Shown here piece after piece: positions 1-9,340 of a stretch of DNA of 32,763 nt. Source of the DNA: Limisphaerales bacterium (GTDB lineage: Bacteria; Verrucomicrobiota; Verrucomicrobiia; Limisphaerales; SIBE01); NCBI GenBank assembly GCA_044225505.1, contig JBGAIN010000090.1:1-32763 (forward strand), given 5' to 3'. The position numbers were made by a program, and so were the translations under genes. Under the pieces are notes generated by a model. It made no database searches. It saw only the letters and a list, made by a program, of their open reading frames with translations, and was not told where the DNA came from. Each line of letters starts with the position of its first letter. The first letter of the stretch is position 1.

Positions 1-1
1 C

Positions 2-115
2 AGCGTCCTCGCTGATATTTACGATGGCGATGGCGCCAAGCAAATTGAGGCGATCTGGCAGTACCTCGCCCTTGGCGCTGACCTTCCTCCACCTCCAGGG
101 ACGGAGGCACAGTAA
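2..115 (+). CDS. 3' end of an upstream gene (partial); resembles C-termini of PVC-type cytochrome c-containing proteins
   Basis: Frame 2 is open from the window edge: SVLADIYDGDGAKQIEAIWQYLALGADLPPPPGTEAQ*, TAA at 113-115. The product call rests only on recollection of the 'DGD..KQIEAIWQYL' pattern. Confidence 0.5.
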   Translation, partial: SVLADIYDGDGAKQIEAIWQYLALGADLPPPPGTEAQ

Positions 116-171
116 GACTCAGCGGCTTTTGCTCGGGAAGAATATTGCTTCCCACTGGCTTTTGCTTAGCT

Positions 172-777
172 ATGATCTCACCACCACAAGTAACCAGGAC
201 CATGTGCGCATCTTCTCAGGGCATTTTTGTCGCTGCCACACCGGCTGCGGTATTTGTGCGAGTGGTCGGGCAGGGGGCCGCCCGGAACAGTGTGTGTCTC
301 CGTGATTTTGGCCTGCAAAAGCTAGACGAGGGGCACAAGCGCCTGTGTATCGACCTGCGTCATTGTGATGGAATGGACAGCACGTTTCTAGGTGTGTTTG
401 CAGGACTTGGCCTCAAGCTTCTAACGAGCGGCAAACTGGTGTTGTTTGGGCTAAGCGGTTATAATCGACGGGCTTTTACTGACTTGGGTTTCGATCAAAT
501 CTCATCGGTGGAAACACTCGACCCGGAGATCGTCAATAACGAGGTCCCTCCGGATGAAAAGTTCGAGCTCTTGCCAGGATCGGATCTGACCGTTCGGGCT
601 CGTGCGTGTGACCTTGTGGAAGAGGCTTTACTGATGCTGGAAGCGCACGAATGCCTCTGCCAGATAAACGAACGGAACGAGCCGAAGTTCCGCGAAGTGA
701 AACAGTTCCTGCGCCAGGATATCGCGCGACACTCTAGTCCCCCGGATCCCGCGACGCCGGGCCGTGCGGACAATTAG
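172..777 (+). CDS. STAS-domain anti-sigma factor antagonist-like protein
   Basis: STAS pattern 'LCIDLRHCDGMDSTFLGVF' with the phosphorylatable Ser motif, plus a C-terminal 'MLEAHECL...N..KF.EV..FL' extension. Start uncertain (ATG 172 or 202; the ORF track starts at TTG 145). Confidence 0.8.
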   Translation: MISPPQVTRTMCASSQGIFVAATPAAVFVRVVGQGAARNSVCLRDFGLQKLDEGHKRLCIDLRHCDGMDSTFLGVFAGLGLKLLTSGKLVLFGLSGYNRRAFTDLGFDQISSVETLDPEIVNNEVPPDEKFELLPGSDLTVRARACDLVEEALLMLEAHECLCQINERNEPKFREVKQFLRQDIARHSSPPDPATPGRADN

Positions 778-898
778 AAGGCACCACTGTTGAGTGGCGC
801 TCGCGTGGGGAGAGGGCGGTGGAGTGACTCACCGGGCGCATTCCGCCCCTACGCAACGGGCATACGCCAGGTTCGAGCTGGTTCATTCTTGACCGAGC

Positions 899-2353
899 CT
901 ACGCGAGCAACCCTTTCACAACCTCACCATGGACATCGGTTAACCGAAAATCACGTCCTTGAGAGCGAAAGGTGAGCTTGGTGTGATCCAGTCCCATCAA
1001 GTGCAAGACGGTCGCCTGCAAGTCATGGACATGTACCGGATCCTCCGCGACCTGGTAGCCTAACTCGTCCGTTTGCCCGTAGGTGATCCCAGGTTTGATG
1101 CCTCCGCCAGCCATCCAAATGGAAAAAGCATGTGGGTGATGGTCGCGCCCGATAAAGCCGTCGCGGTTCCGGTTTTCATTCATCGGTGTGCGACCAAATT
1201 CGCCGCCCCAAATCACGAGCGTTTGGTCCAGCAACCCCTTTTGTTTTAGATCACGGATGAGTGCGGCGGCTGGTTGATCCACTTCACGACAGCGATCGAC
1301 CATGCCATATCGGAGATCGTTCTCACGGATGTCACCGTGGCTATCCCATCCCCAGTGATAGAGCTGGACGAATCGGACGCCTCGCTCAATCAGACGACGT
1401 GCCAGGAGACAGTTATTCGCAAACCCCGACCTGCCTGGTTGGGTGCCGTACATCGCATGCACCGACGCAGGTTCTTTGGAAATATCGATCAGGTCCGGAA
1501 CGCTCAGCTGCATTCGATACGCCATTTCATACTGTGCGATGCGCGTCACAATCTCCGGGTCTCCCATTCGTCCTAGATGAATTCGGTTAAGCTCTTCGAT
1601 CGTATCGAACGTTCGGCGGCGCAACGCCGGGTCCATACCTTCGGGATTGGAAAGGAACAAGACCGGTTCACCCTGGGCGCGCAGTTGGACACCCTGGTGA
1701 ATGGTTGGCAGGAATCCACTCCCCCAAAGGGAGGCGCCCCCGTCCGGAGCGTTCTTTCCCGAGAGCATAACCACAAAGCCAGGGAGATTACGGCCTTCCG
1801 TTCCCAAGCCATAGGATAGCCAGGACCCCATGCTGGGACGTCCCAGCCGGGCGGACCCGGTCTGGACAAACAGCTGCGCGGGCGCGTGGTTGAATTGGTC
1901 CGTCTTCATGGACCGCACGATACAGATGTCGTCCGCAACCTTTGCGAGGTAGGGCAAGGCATCTGAAATCTCGGCGCCGGATTGGCCATAGCGTTTGAAC
2001 TGATGCGGCGTTCCCAGCAATTTGGGGACGCCTTTAATAAAGGCAAAGCGTTCCCCCTTGATCATGCTTTCCGGAATCTTCTGATTGTTCAACTCGATGA
2101 GTTTTGGCTTGTAGTCGAACAGGTCCAGTTGCGAAGGAGCCCCTGCCATGTGCAGGTAAATGATGTTCTTGGCTTTGGCTGGAAAGTGCGGGACATGGGG
2201 CAGCAACGGATCGGTCGAGGCCGCGCGAGCATCTGCTGCTCCGAGGCGATGGTTGAGCAACGAGGCCAATGCGATTGTGCCCAATCCGGCACCGCAGTTC
2301 CGGAAGAACTGTCGCCTGGTGATGAATTTGAGCTGTTCTTCACGCGTAATCAT
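899..2353 (-). CDS. DUF1501-domain protein (alkaline phosphatase/sulfatase-like), probable Tat substrate
   Basis: Twin-arginine N-terminus TRRQFF...[11 protein letters not shown]. Family motifs '[15 protein letters not shown]', '[14 protein letters not shown]', 'WDSH', 'GEFGRTP', 'RDHHP', '[13 protein letters not shown]', 'FRLTDVHG'. Confidence 0.9.
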   Translation of the reverse strand: MITREEQLKFITRRQFFRNCGAGLGTIALASLLNHRLGAADARAASTDPLLPHVPHFPAKAKNIIYLHMAGAPSQLDLFDYKPKLIELNNQKIPESMIKGERFAFIKGVPKLLGTPHQFKRYGQSGAEISDALPYLAKVADDICIVRSMKTDQFNHAPAQLFVQTGSARLGRPSMGSWLSYGLGTEGRNLPGFVVMLSGKNAPDGGASLWGSGFLPTIHQGVQLRAQGEPVLFLSNPEGMDPALRRRTFDTIEELNRIHLGRMGDPEIVTRIAQYEMAYRMQLSVPDLIDISKEPASVHAMYGTQPGRSGFANNCLLARRLIERGVRFVQLYHWGWDSHGDIRENDLRYGMVDRCREVDQPAAALIRDLKQKGLLDQTLVIWGGEFGRTPMNENRNRDGFIGRDHHPHAFSIWMAGGGIKPGITYGQTDELGYQVAEDPVHVHDLQATVLHLMGLDHTKLTFRSQGRDFRLTDVHGEVVKGLLA

Positions 2354-2384
2354 AGAACTCGCTAGATCGTGGTTCGCAAAACGC

Positions 2385-5300
2385 CTATTTCGTGAGGGCT
2401 TCGTCCAGATTCAACAGAACGTTGGCGATGACCGTCCAAGCTGCTTGAGGTGCCAGCGGCGCCGAATCGTCTTTGGCATCCGAGCCCAGTTGAACGAGGG
2501 CCTTTGCCGCCGCAGGCTGATCTTCAAAGTGGCGCAAGCTCTCGTCGTAGAGACGTTGCAGCGGACGTATTTCGTGAGGGGCGGGTTGACGGCCCAAGCA
2601 ACATTCGAACCCGAATTGGATTCGGTGTTCGCAAGACGCGCCGCCTTCCGAAAGAATCCGGCGGGCTAACCCTCGCGCCGCATCCAAAAACGCAGGGTCA
2701 TTCAGCGTCACCAAGGCCTGGATGGGAGTATTTGACCGTGGTCGTCGTTCGCACATGACCTCGCGGCTGGGGGCGTCAAATGCGGCAAAGGACGCGTACG
2801 GCGCTGTGCGACGCCAAAAGGTGTAGAGCCCGCGCCGGTGCTGATCGCCCGATTTGCTCAACACCCATCGATCTCCATTGTAGGGAGAATTCCAGACGCC
2901 GTCCGGTTGAAACGGAAATACGCTCGGCCCGCCGACTTTTTCACTCAGCAAACCGCTCACGGCTAGCGCGGAGTCGCGCAGCATCTCCGCTTCCATTCGA
3001 AGTCTTGGACCTCGCGTAAAAAGCCGGTTAAACGGGTCTCGCTCGAGCGCGTCGGCGGTGACTTCGGCGGACTGACGATAGGTGGCCGACGTCACGATAA
3101 AACGATGCATCGCTTTCAAGCTCCAACCCTGGTGCACCAGTTCAGTGGCAAGCCAGTCGAGCAGGTCCGGATGCGTGGGTAGCTCGCCCTGGGCGCCGAA
3201 TTCCTCGCTCGTTTCAACCAAACCCCGGCCAAAGTACTGAGCCCAGATTCGGTTCATGGTCACTCGTCCCACCAACGGATTCGCGGGATCCACCAGCCAA
3301 TAGGCAAATCCGAGCCGGTTGGTCGGTTGCCCGTCCGGCCACGAATGCAGAACGGAGGGCGTCCCTGGCATGACTTCGTCGCCCTTATTAAGATGACTGC
3401 CCCGGATCAACACTTGGGTTTTGCGTGGTTCCTTGGCGGCCTCCATGACCAGGGTCGTCGGCACATCTTTCGGTTCCAGCTTACGTAAGCTGGCGATCTC
3501 TTCACGCACCTTGTCCAGCGACGGATCGAACGTGCGATAGTGCGCTGCCAATGCTTCCTCTTCCGTGCGGTTCCGATCTGCCGCATCTATCAGTAGCAGA
3601 TTCCGGATCGCGACTGGGACTTTGGCCCAAGCACGCAGCGCTTCAGGCGGTGCGGTGGAAGCCGACAAGCGGAATTTGCCAAGCAAATGCTGACGGCGGT
3701 CGGACTCCTGTTTCAACGTGAAGGCCAATTGCGTTCCTTCGGGAACTCCGACCGGACGTTGCGTGACGAAGACCGCCTCGTGATCGACCCGGTTGATCGC
3801 TTCAAATGCGGCAATCGACCAACCGGTCTTCGGCTTGCCGTCAAGAGCATCCTTGACGTCATATTTCTCCATGGAAAAGTCCGCATAGGCCGTCTCGAAT
3901 GCCACACGATGAAGCGCGTTTTGATCCTCGCTGACCGCAAAGTAGAATCCGGAATTGCCGGCACCGTTATTGACCTTCAGCAGCAGTCGGTTTTCTCCCG
4001 CACGTAGCTGCAATTCCACGGAGTCTTGATTGGGTGCCACCCCGCGTTCGACGTCGCGCGCAAGGATTTTCTTGTCGTTCAGCCACACTTGCAGGCCGTC
4101 ATCGCTGCCGAGCGAGATGAGCAAGGGCATCGCTTCCTTTGCCGTGACGGTCCGAGTGAGATAGGTGGCGCAGTTCTCGCCGGTCAATTCGTGGACCGTG
4201 CCGTCGCGAAGTTCCGGCCGCTCCGTCCAACGTAGTTTGCCATCCTCGTAAGTTTGCGACAAGTCGAGGTGAGTTTCGCGAATAAACTCATGGCTGAAAG
4301 CCTCGCGCACGGTGGCCGCGTGGAAAGGCCCGATCACCTGCCACGGTCCAAGTTGAGGTGCCTCGGGCGTTGCTTGGGTTGCGGCACTTCCAGGGTGGGC
4401 CTGAACCGTAAATTCGGTCAAGACGAAGTCGCCGTCCTCGGAGCGCCCAGAACTTTTGCCTGGGAGATCCGCATCCGCCAGAGCCTCCAATCGGAAAGCG
4501 GTGATGCCCTGTAGATTCGTTCGAGCCGCAACTTCGTAGACACTCGTATCGGGCAACGAACCGCCCGCGAGGATCGCGCCCTCGGGAACGGTCCTGAGGC
4601 TGACCCCGTTTTCGGCGTGGAGCGCCTCCAAATTGAGAGGATGCCAGCTCGCCGCAATCGCATCGCGAAACCCTTCCATCTCCGCGAGCCAGAGCTCCAA
4701 CCCTCGATCGAGCTCCGCGGTTTGGGTATTCAGGATCTTCTCGAGAGGAGGGATCTGGGCGCGGAGTTCGTCGCGCTTGGTTTTTTGCGCGGGCGAAGGC
4801 AGTTCGAGTTCGGGATCGTTGCTGCGGCCTTTATCGTTGGTCTGATTGAAAAGAGCGAAAACCTGGTAATACTCACGTTGGGTAAATGGGTCATACTTAT
4901 GGCTATGACACTGCGCGCAAGCCAAAGTCGTACCCATCCACACTCCAAAAGTCGTGTTCACCCGATCAACAATGGCCGCGACTCGAAACTCCTCTTCATC
5001 CGTGCCACCTTCGGTGTTGACCATGGTGTTACGATGAAATCCCGTAGCAATCTTTTGCTCGGTGCTCGGGTTGGGGAGGAGGTCCCCGGCAATCTGTTGG
5101 ATGGTAAACTGATCGAAAGGCAGATCTCGGTTGAAGGCGTTGATGACCCAATCTCGATAAGGCCAGATCGAGCGCCGGAAGTCCGCCTCGTATCCGTTGC
5201 TATCCGCGTAACGAGCTAGATCTAGCCAAGGCCTGGCCCAACGTTCACCGTAGCGCGGAGAGGCGAGCAGCCGGTCTACGAGCTCCCCATAAGCTTCCGA

Positions 5301-5936
5301 TCGGTTGTCGCGGAGGAACTGTTCCACTTCGGAGACCGTGGGGGGCAACCCGGTGAGGTCAAGTGTCACGCGTCGAATCAGGGCTTCGCGGGAGGCCTCA
5401 GGCATCGGACGGAGCGATTCTTTTTCCAAGCGCGCCAAGACAAAGTAGTCGATCGGATTGCGCGGCCAGATCTTGAGTTGCACGTCGGGCAAGGCAGGAC
5501 TTTCCGGACGAAGGTAGGCCCAGTGATCTTTGTACGGAGCCCCGGCCTCGACCCAACGGCGAAGGAGAGTGATTTGGTCGGAGTTGAGATGCTTGCCGCT
5601 CTTCGGAGGCGGCATCTTTTCATCGTCATCCGCCGTGGTCAATCGGCGCACCAATTCACTTTGCGCCGTATCTCCAGGAACAACGGCGTAATTGCCGGAC
5701 TTTAGTTTCTGGAACGCTTCGGACTTGAGATCGAGCCGCAGGCCGGCTTTGCGTTTTTTCTCATCCGGACCATGGCACGCGAAGCAATTCTCGGAGAGGA
5801 TCGGGCGGATCTGGCGGGTGAAGTCGACGGGCGGTTGTGGCACGGACTCAGCCCGGGTGGAAACGAGAGAGCTAAGGTTGGCAAGCAGCCCCAAAGCGGC
5901 AGCTCCTCCCAACATCGCAGGGAACGTCGATCGCAT
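2385..5936 (-). CDS. PSD1 / planctomycete cytochrome c domain protein (PSCyt1, DUF1549, DUF1553) with inserted beta-sandwich domains
   Basis: Signal peptide; CxxCH haem motifs CFACH and CAQCH. DUF1549 motifs '[15 protein letters not shown]', '[20 protein letters not shown]'. DUF1553 motifs '[13 protein letters not shown]', '[11 protein letters not shown]', 'EMLRDSAL', '[12 protein letters not shown]'. Confidence 0.92.
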   Translation of the reverse strand: MRSTFPAMLGGAAALGLLANLSSLVSTRAESVPQPPVDFTRQIRPILSENCFACHGPDEKKRKAGLRLDLKSEAFQKLKSGNYAVVPGDTAQSELVRRLTTADDDEKMPPPKSGKHLNSDQITLLRRWVEAGAPYKDHWAYLRPESPALPDVQLKIWPRNPIDYFVLARLEKESLRPMPEASREALIRRVTLDLTGLPPTVSEVEQFLRDNRSEAYGELVDRLLASPRYGERWARPWLDLARYADSNGYEADFRRSIWPYRDWVINAFNRDLPFDQFTIQQIAGDLLPNPSTEQKIATGFHRNTMVNTEGGTDEEEFRVAAIVDRVNTTFGVWMGTTLACAQCHSHKYDPFTQREYYQVFALFNQTNDKGRSNDPELELPSPAQKTKRDELRAQIPPLEKILNTQTAELDRGLELWLAEMEGFRDAIAASWHPLNLEALHAENGVSLRTVPEGAILAGGSLPDTSVYEVAARTNLQGITAFRLEALADADLPGKSSGRSEDGDFVLTEFTVQAHPGSAATQATPEAPQLGPWQVIGPFHAATVREAFSHEFIRETHLDLSQTYEDGKLRWTERPELRDGTVHELTGENCATYLTRTVTAKEAMPLLISLGSDDGLQVWLNDKKILARDVERGVAPNQDSVELQLRAGENRLLLKVNNGAGNSGFYFAVSEDQNALHRVAFETAYADFSMEKYDVKDALDGKPKTGWSIAAFEAINRVDHEAVFVTQRPVGVPEGTQLAFTLKQESDRRQHLLGKFRLSASTAPPEALRAWAKVPVAIRNLLLIDAADRNRTEEEALAAHYRTFDPSLDKVREEIASLRKLEPKDVPTTLVMEAAKEPRKTQVLIRGSHLNKGDEVMPGTPSVLHSWPDGQPTNRLGFAYWLVDPANPLVGRVTMNRIWAQYFGRGLVETSEEFGAQGELPTHPDLLDWLATELVHQGWSLKAMHRFIVTSATYRQSAEVTADALERDPFNRLFTRGPRLRMEAEMLRDSALAVSGLLSEKVGGPSVFPFQPDGVWNSPYNGDRWVLSKSGDQHRRGLYTFWRRTAPYASFAAFDAPSREVMCERRPRSNTPIQALVTLNDPAFLDAARGLARRILSEGGASCEHRIQFGFECCLGRQPAPHEIRPLQRLYDESLRHFEDQPAAAKALVQLGSDAKDDSAPLAPQAAWTVIANVLLNLDEALTK

Positions 5937-5984
5937 ATGCTCGGTGTTGAACCGGAGCCAAGATGCTCTAATGCGCGACGGGGC

Positions 5985-6281
5985 TCAACTCTCAATCACA
6001 CCAATCTCAACAGGCTCCACTTTGATGCCAAGCTTCTCCAGCCACTTGATCGCGCCTTTGATTTCGGAACGCTGGCCATCCATCTCCAAACAAACGATCC
6101 CGATTTCGCCCGTCACGCTAGCTTGGCGCACATTCGTCACCAATTTGAATTTTTGGCCGATTTGCCAGATGACCGGCGTGGTGATGTGCTTGGGCGGGTA
6201 CATCAGCCAGAGGCGCCGGCGCTCCTCACCAGGCGAGGCATCTGGTTGAACTTTGGCCGCGGCGCGGGATGGGCGAGTCAT
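5985..6281 (-). CDS. stand-alone NIL domain protein
   Basis: 98 aa. 'RLWLMYPPKHITTPVIWQIGQKFKLVTNVRQASVTGEIGIVCLEMDG...IKWLEKLGIKVEPVE' fits the ACT-like NIL domain pattern. Lies 24 nt after the moaD-like gene. Confidence 0.85.
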   Translation of the reverse strand: MTRPSRAAAKVQPDASPGEERRRLWLMYPPKHITTPVIWQIGQKFKLVTNVRQASVTGEIGIVCLEMDGQRSEIKGAIKWLEKLGIKVEPVEIGVIES

Positions 6282-6305
6282 ACGTCAATGCAGTTTGCCG
6301 ATGGT

Positions 6306-6581
6306 TTAGCCGCCAGCGATGGCGGGGATGATGCTGATTTCATCACCACTGCGGACGGGCGTTTCCTGGTTTTGCAGAAAACGGATGTCCTCTTCGTTCA
6401 CATAGACGTTGACGAACCGGCGCACCGCTCCGTTTTCGTCCAGAAGACGCTCGCGAATTCCTGGGAAGCGCGTTTGCAGCTCCGTGATGGCGGCCCCGAC
6501 TGTTCCGGGCGCGACCTCGATGATTTCCTCATTGTTCGTCAGTTTGCGGAGCGGAGTTGGAATTCTGACTTTGGCTGACAT
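6306..6581 (-). CDS. MoaD/ThiS/CysO-family ubiquitin-like sulfur carrier protein
   Basis: 91 aa beta-grasp pattern 'VRIPTPLRKLT...FVNVYVNEEDIRFL...GDEISIIPAIAGG' with a free C-terminal Gly-Gly. Confidence 0.93.
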   Translation of the reverse strand: MSAKVRIPTPLRKLTNNEEIIEVAPGTVGAAITELQTRFPGIRERLLDENGAVRRFVNVYVNEEDIRFLQNQETPVRSGDEISIIPAIAGG

Positions 6582-6622
6582 AAGTGAATGCTGTTCTAGG
6601 GGATCAACGATTTTGTCTCGGG

Positions 6623-7879
6623 CTAACAGTTAACTCGGGTCTCGGCTTCCAGAAGCGCTTCAAACTCACGCAAACTCGGCCGAATCTCACGCGTACGCCC
6701 CGCGTGCTTGGCCACCGCGTCGAGCGTTTTCAAACCGTGTCCTGTGATGCACAGGACCGCGGAATCTTCCGCCGGAATCTTGCCGGCGGCAATCAGTTTC
6801 TTGGCGACGGCCACCGTGACGCCTCCGGCGGTTTCGGCGAAAATCCCCTCTGTCTCAGCGAGGAGCTTAATGCCATCGCGGATCTCGTCGTCCGTCACGT
6901 CATCGGCCACGCCGCAAGTTTCCTTCATGACGCGCAAGGCGTAGAACCCATCGGCGGGCGTGCCAATGGCCAAAGACTTGGCAATCGTGTTAGGCTTGAC
7001 CGGCTTAAAGAAATCCATCCCGTTCTTTTGCGCTGAGGAGATCGGGGAGCAACCCGTGGCCTGGGCGCCATGCACGCGGTATTTGGTTTCCGGCACCAGG
7101 CCTATTTTCGTGAATTCCTGGTAGCCTTTGTGGATTTTGGTCAAGAGCGAGCCAGAAGCCATACAGACCACGGTATGGGCCGGGATCCGCCATCCTAGCT
7201 GCTCCACGATTTCAAAGCCCATGCTCTTGGACCCTTCCGCGTAGTACGGGCGCATATTAACGTTCACGAAGGCCCAGCCAAATTTGCCAGCGATCTCGGC
7301 GCAGAGCCGGTTGACCTCGTCGTAATGCCCTTTAATCGCAATCACTTGTGCCCCGTAGATCAGGGAGTTAACGATCTTGCCTTCCTCCAAATCCGCTGGA
7401 ATAAAGACGTAGGCTTTCAATCCAGCCGCCGCGGCATTGGCCGCTACGGAATTCGCAAGATTTCCCGTCGACGCACACGCAACGGTTGTGAAACCGAGTT
7501 CGCGCGCTCGGCTCAGGGCCACGCTCACTACCCGGTCCTTAAACGAGAGCGTTGGGTAATTAACGGTATCGTTCTTCACCCAGAGCTCCCGAATCCCTAG
7601 CCGTTGCGCGAGTCGATCCGCTTTCACCAGCGGTGTGAATCCCACTTGGGACCCAACCGTCGGCTCCTGCGCCGTCGGCAGCAGCTCGCGGTAGCGCCAC
7701 ATCGTTCGTGGCCGGGATTGGATTGCCGCTTTCGTCAGCGACGCGCGGACTCGATCGTAATCGTAGACCACCTCGAGCGGCCCGAAATCGAACTCGCACA
7801 CGTGCGTGGCAGCGAGAGGGTATTCGCGTCCGCATTCGCGGCATTTCAGGGCCTTCATGAAGCCATCGTTCTTGTCCAT
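6623..7879 (-). CDS. thrC: threonine synthase-like PLP enzyme (fold type II); SAM-regulated, so may act in homocysteine rather than threonine synthesis
   Basis: N-terminal CRECG...C segment, PLP lysine motif 'PTLSFKDR', 'ASTGNLANS', 'ETEGIFAETAGG', 'CITGHGLKT'. Alternative start ATG 7858. Confidence 0.85.
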   Translation of the reverse strand: MDKNDGFMKALKCRECGREYPLAATHVCEFDFGPLEVVYDYDRVRASLTKAAIQSRPRTMWRYRELLPTAQEPTVGSQVGFTPLVKADRLAQRLGIRELWVKNDTVNYPTLSFKDRVVSVALSRARELGFTTVACASTGNLANSVAANAAAAGLKAYVFIPADLEEGKIVNSLIYGAQVIAIKGHYDEVNRLCAEIAGKFGWAFVNVNMRPYYAEGSKSMGFEIVEQLGWRIPAHTVVCMASGSLLTKIHKGYQEFTKIGLVPETKYRVHGAQATGCSPISSAQKNGMDFFKPVKPNTIAKSLAIGTPADGFYALRVMKETCGVADDVTDDEIRDGIKLLAETEGIFAETAGGVTVAVAKKLIAAGKIPAEDSAVLCITGHGLKTLDAVAKHAGRTREIRPSLREFEALLEAETRVNC

Positions 7880-7959
7880 AATCCAATATTCGTATATCTG
7901 AGCGTTCGTGCGCTCGAGCAGACTATGGATGAGAAGAGGTTAGAAGCAGTCGACGCTCT

Positions 7960-8081
7960 TCTCATCTTTCCCAGATCGCTTTCGATCCTGGGCTGGAGTT
8001 GGCACCTTGACGCCGAAGTCGGAGCTTCGACCGGTTGCCGTGGTTTCACAGGGCCAGTTCCCTCAACCACTCGGAATGAGA
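7960..8081 (-). ncRNA. SAM-I (S-box) riboswitch aptamer
   Basis: Minus strand reads UCUCAUU-CCGAG-UGGUUGAGGGAACUGGCCCUGUGAAACCA-CGGCAACC...GGUGCC-AACUCCAGC-CCAGGAUCGAAAGCGAUCUGGG-AAA-GAUGAGA. This shows P1 (UCUCAUU/GAUGAGA), kink-turn P2, P3 with GCAACC/GGUGC, and P4. It sits upstream of a sulfur-metabolism operon. Confidence 0.93.
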
Positions 8082-8105
8082 TCCGTTCAATCAACGGATG
8101 CGGAT

Positions 8106-8133
8106 AGAATGATATATTAGCCGGCTTTGTCAA
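8106..8133 (-). promoter_or_regulatory. sigma70-like promoter for the riboswitch/thrC operon
   Basis: Minus strand TTGACA (8133-8128), 16 nt, CATTCT (8111-8106). This places the TSS near 8100, just upstream of the aptamer. Confidence 0.55.
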
Positions 8134-8318
8134 CTGTAATCAATCCTCTTGCGTTCCGGTCCCACCCGCTCCCACGCCACCGAGCCTCCACCTTGGCGCG
8201 CGATCCAAGGCACCGCGTGGAACATTCGCCCAGTTCGAGTTGGCGCCGCTTTCCCAGGTGCGCGGCTTCCTCCATTTGCCTTGAATTTGAGCATCCCGCC
8301 CGGCACAGTGCCGAGCCA

Positions 8319-9299
8319 ATGCGCCTGTTCGTGATGCTCTTCGCTTTTTCGCTTCTGGCAACGAGCGGCGACGGCGCAGAATCAAAGCCCCGCATTGCGA
8401 CGCTCCAAATCTCCGGCCAGGAGTATCTCAGCTTGCAGGACTGGGGGGAATGCAATCAGTTCCAGTTTGTGCGTAAAGAGGAGCAGGTTCTCCTTACCAA
8501 TCGGATCCATCGCGTGACACTCAAACTTAACTCTCAGCGCGCTGAGATCGACGGCGTCATGCTTTTCCTGGCGTTCCCCGTTTGGATGCGCCAGAACGCG
8601 ATCTGGGTTGCCGAGGCGGATCTTGAGCGATCTTTGCGTCCGATTTTATTTCCGCCGAAGAATAAGAACAACGAGCGGGTCAAAGTGGTGGCAATCAGCG
8701 CTGGGCATGGGGGGAAAGACTCGGGATACCAAGTCTCCGGGCAGCAAGAGAAGAAATACACACTGCTGCTCGCCCAGGAACTGCAAAAACTTTGCGCACG
8801 CGCCGGCTTCAAGCCGATTCTAATTCGAAATTCAGACCGATTTGTGGAGCGGGAAGAGCGCACGCGCCTGGCGAAACGCGGGAAAGCGAACCTCTACGTG
8901 GAACTTCACTATAATTGCGCCGGCCCTGGGAATACCGAGAGCAAAGGCGTGGAAGTCTACTGTTTGACGCTCGACGGCGCCAACTCCACCAACGGCGGTA
9001 GCGATCAATATCGCGCTGCGCTCGCGGGCAATCGGCACGATCCGAAAAACATGCTCCTGGCCTATCAGATTCACAGCGCCTTGGTGAGCTCTGCTGGGCT
9101 CACGGACCGTGGGATTCGTCGGGCGCGTTTTGAAGTCTTGCGCGATGCAGAAATGCCCGCCGTGCTGATCGAAGCTGGCTTTATGTCGCAACCAGACGAA
9201 TTGAAGAAGATTCAGGACGCGGGGCATCGTCGCGCGACTGCTCAAGCGATATTGGATGGATTGCTTGCTTACAAGAAGCTCGTCGAGCCGAACCGCTGA
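8319..9299 (+). CDS. N-acetylmuramoyl-L-alanine amidase (Amidase_3 family), exported
   Basis: Signal peptide MRLFVMLFAFSLLA. Zn/catalytic motifs 'SAGHGGKDSG', 'EKKYTL', 'ELHYN', 'PAVLIEAGFMS'. Start set at ATG 8319 rather than the ORF-track 8127. Confidence 0.9.
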   Translation: MRLFVMLFAFSLLATSGDGAESKPRIATLQISGQEYLSLQDWGECNQFQFVRKEEQVLLTNRIHRVTLKLNSQRAEIDGVMLFLAFPVWMRQNAIWVAEADLERSLRPILFPPKNKNNERVKVVAISAGHGGKDSGYQVSGQQEKKYTLLLAQELQKLCARAGFKPILIRNSDRFVEREERTRLAKRGKANLYVELHYNCAGPGNTESKGVEVYCLTLDGANSTNGGSDQYRAALAGNRHDPKNMLLAYQIHSALVSSAGLTDRGIRRARFEVLRDAEMPAVLIEAGFMSQPDELKKIQDAGHRRATAQAILDGLLAYKKLVEPNR

Positions 9300-9340
9300 G
9301 CGACGCGCTTCGCACCGTGCTGCCCGCACATCTCACTGTT

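Noticed and set aside
5772..6578. 268-aa plus-strand ORF and other long antisense ORFs (e.g. 9269-9934, 31620-32360)
   Set aside because: Shadow ORFs opposite well-supported genes, expected in GC-rich DNA; no motifs.
6306..6581. Ubiquitin-like protein as part of an antiphage or protein-conjugation system
   Set aside because: No E1, E2 or JAB genes are adjacent; the riboswitch and PLP-enzyme context indicate a sulfur carrier.
8127..8318. N-terminal extension of the amidase in the ORF track
   Set aside because: A signal peptide begins at ATG 8319; the upstream part is the divergent promoter region (possible TTGAAT-17-CACAGT at 8281-8309).
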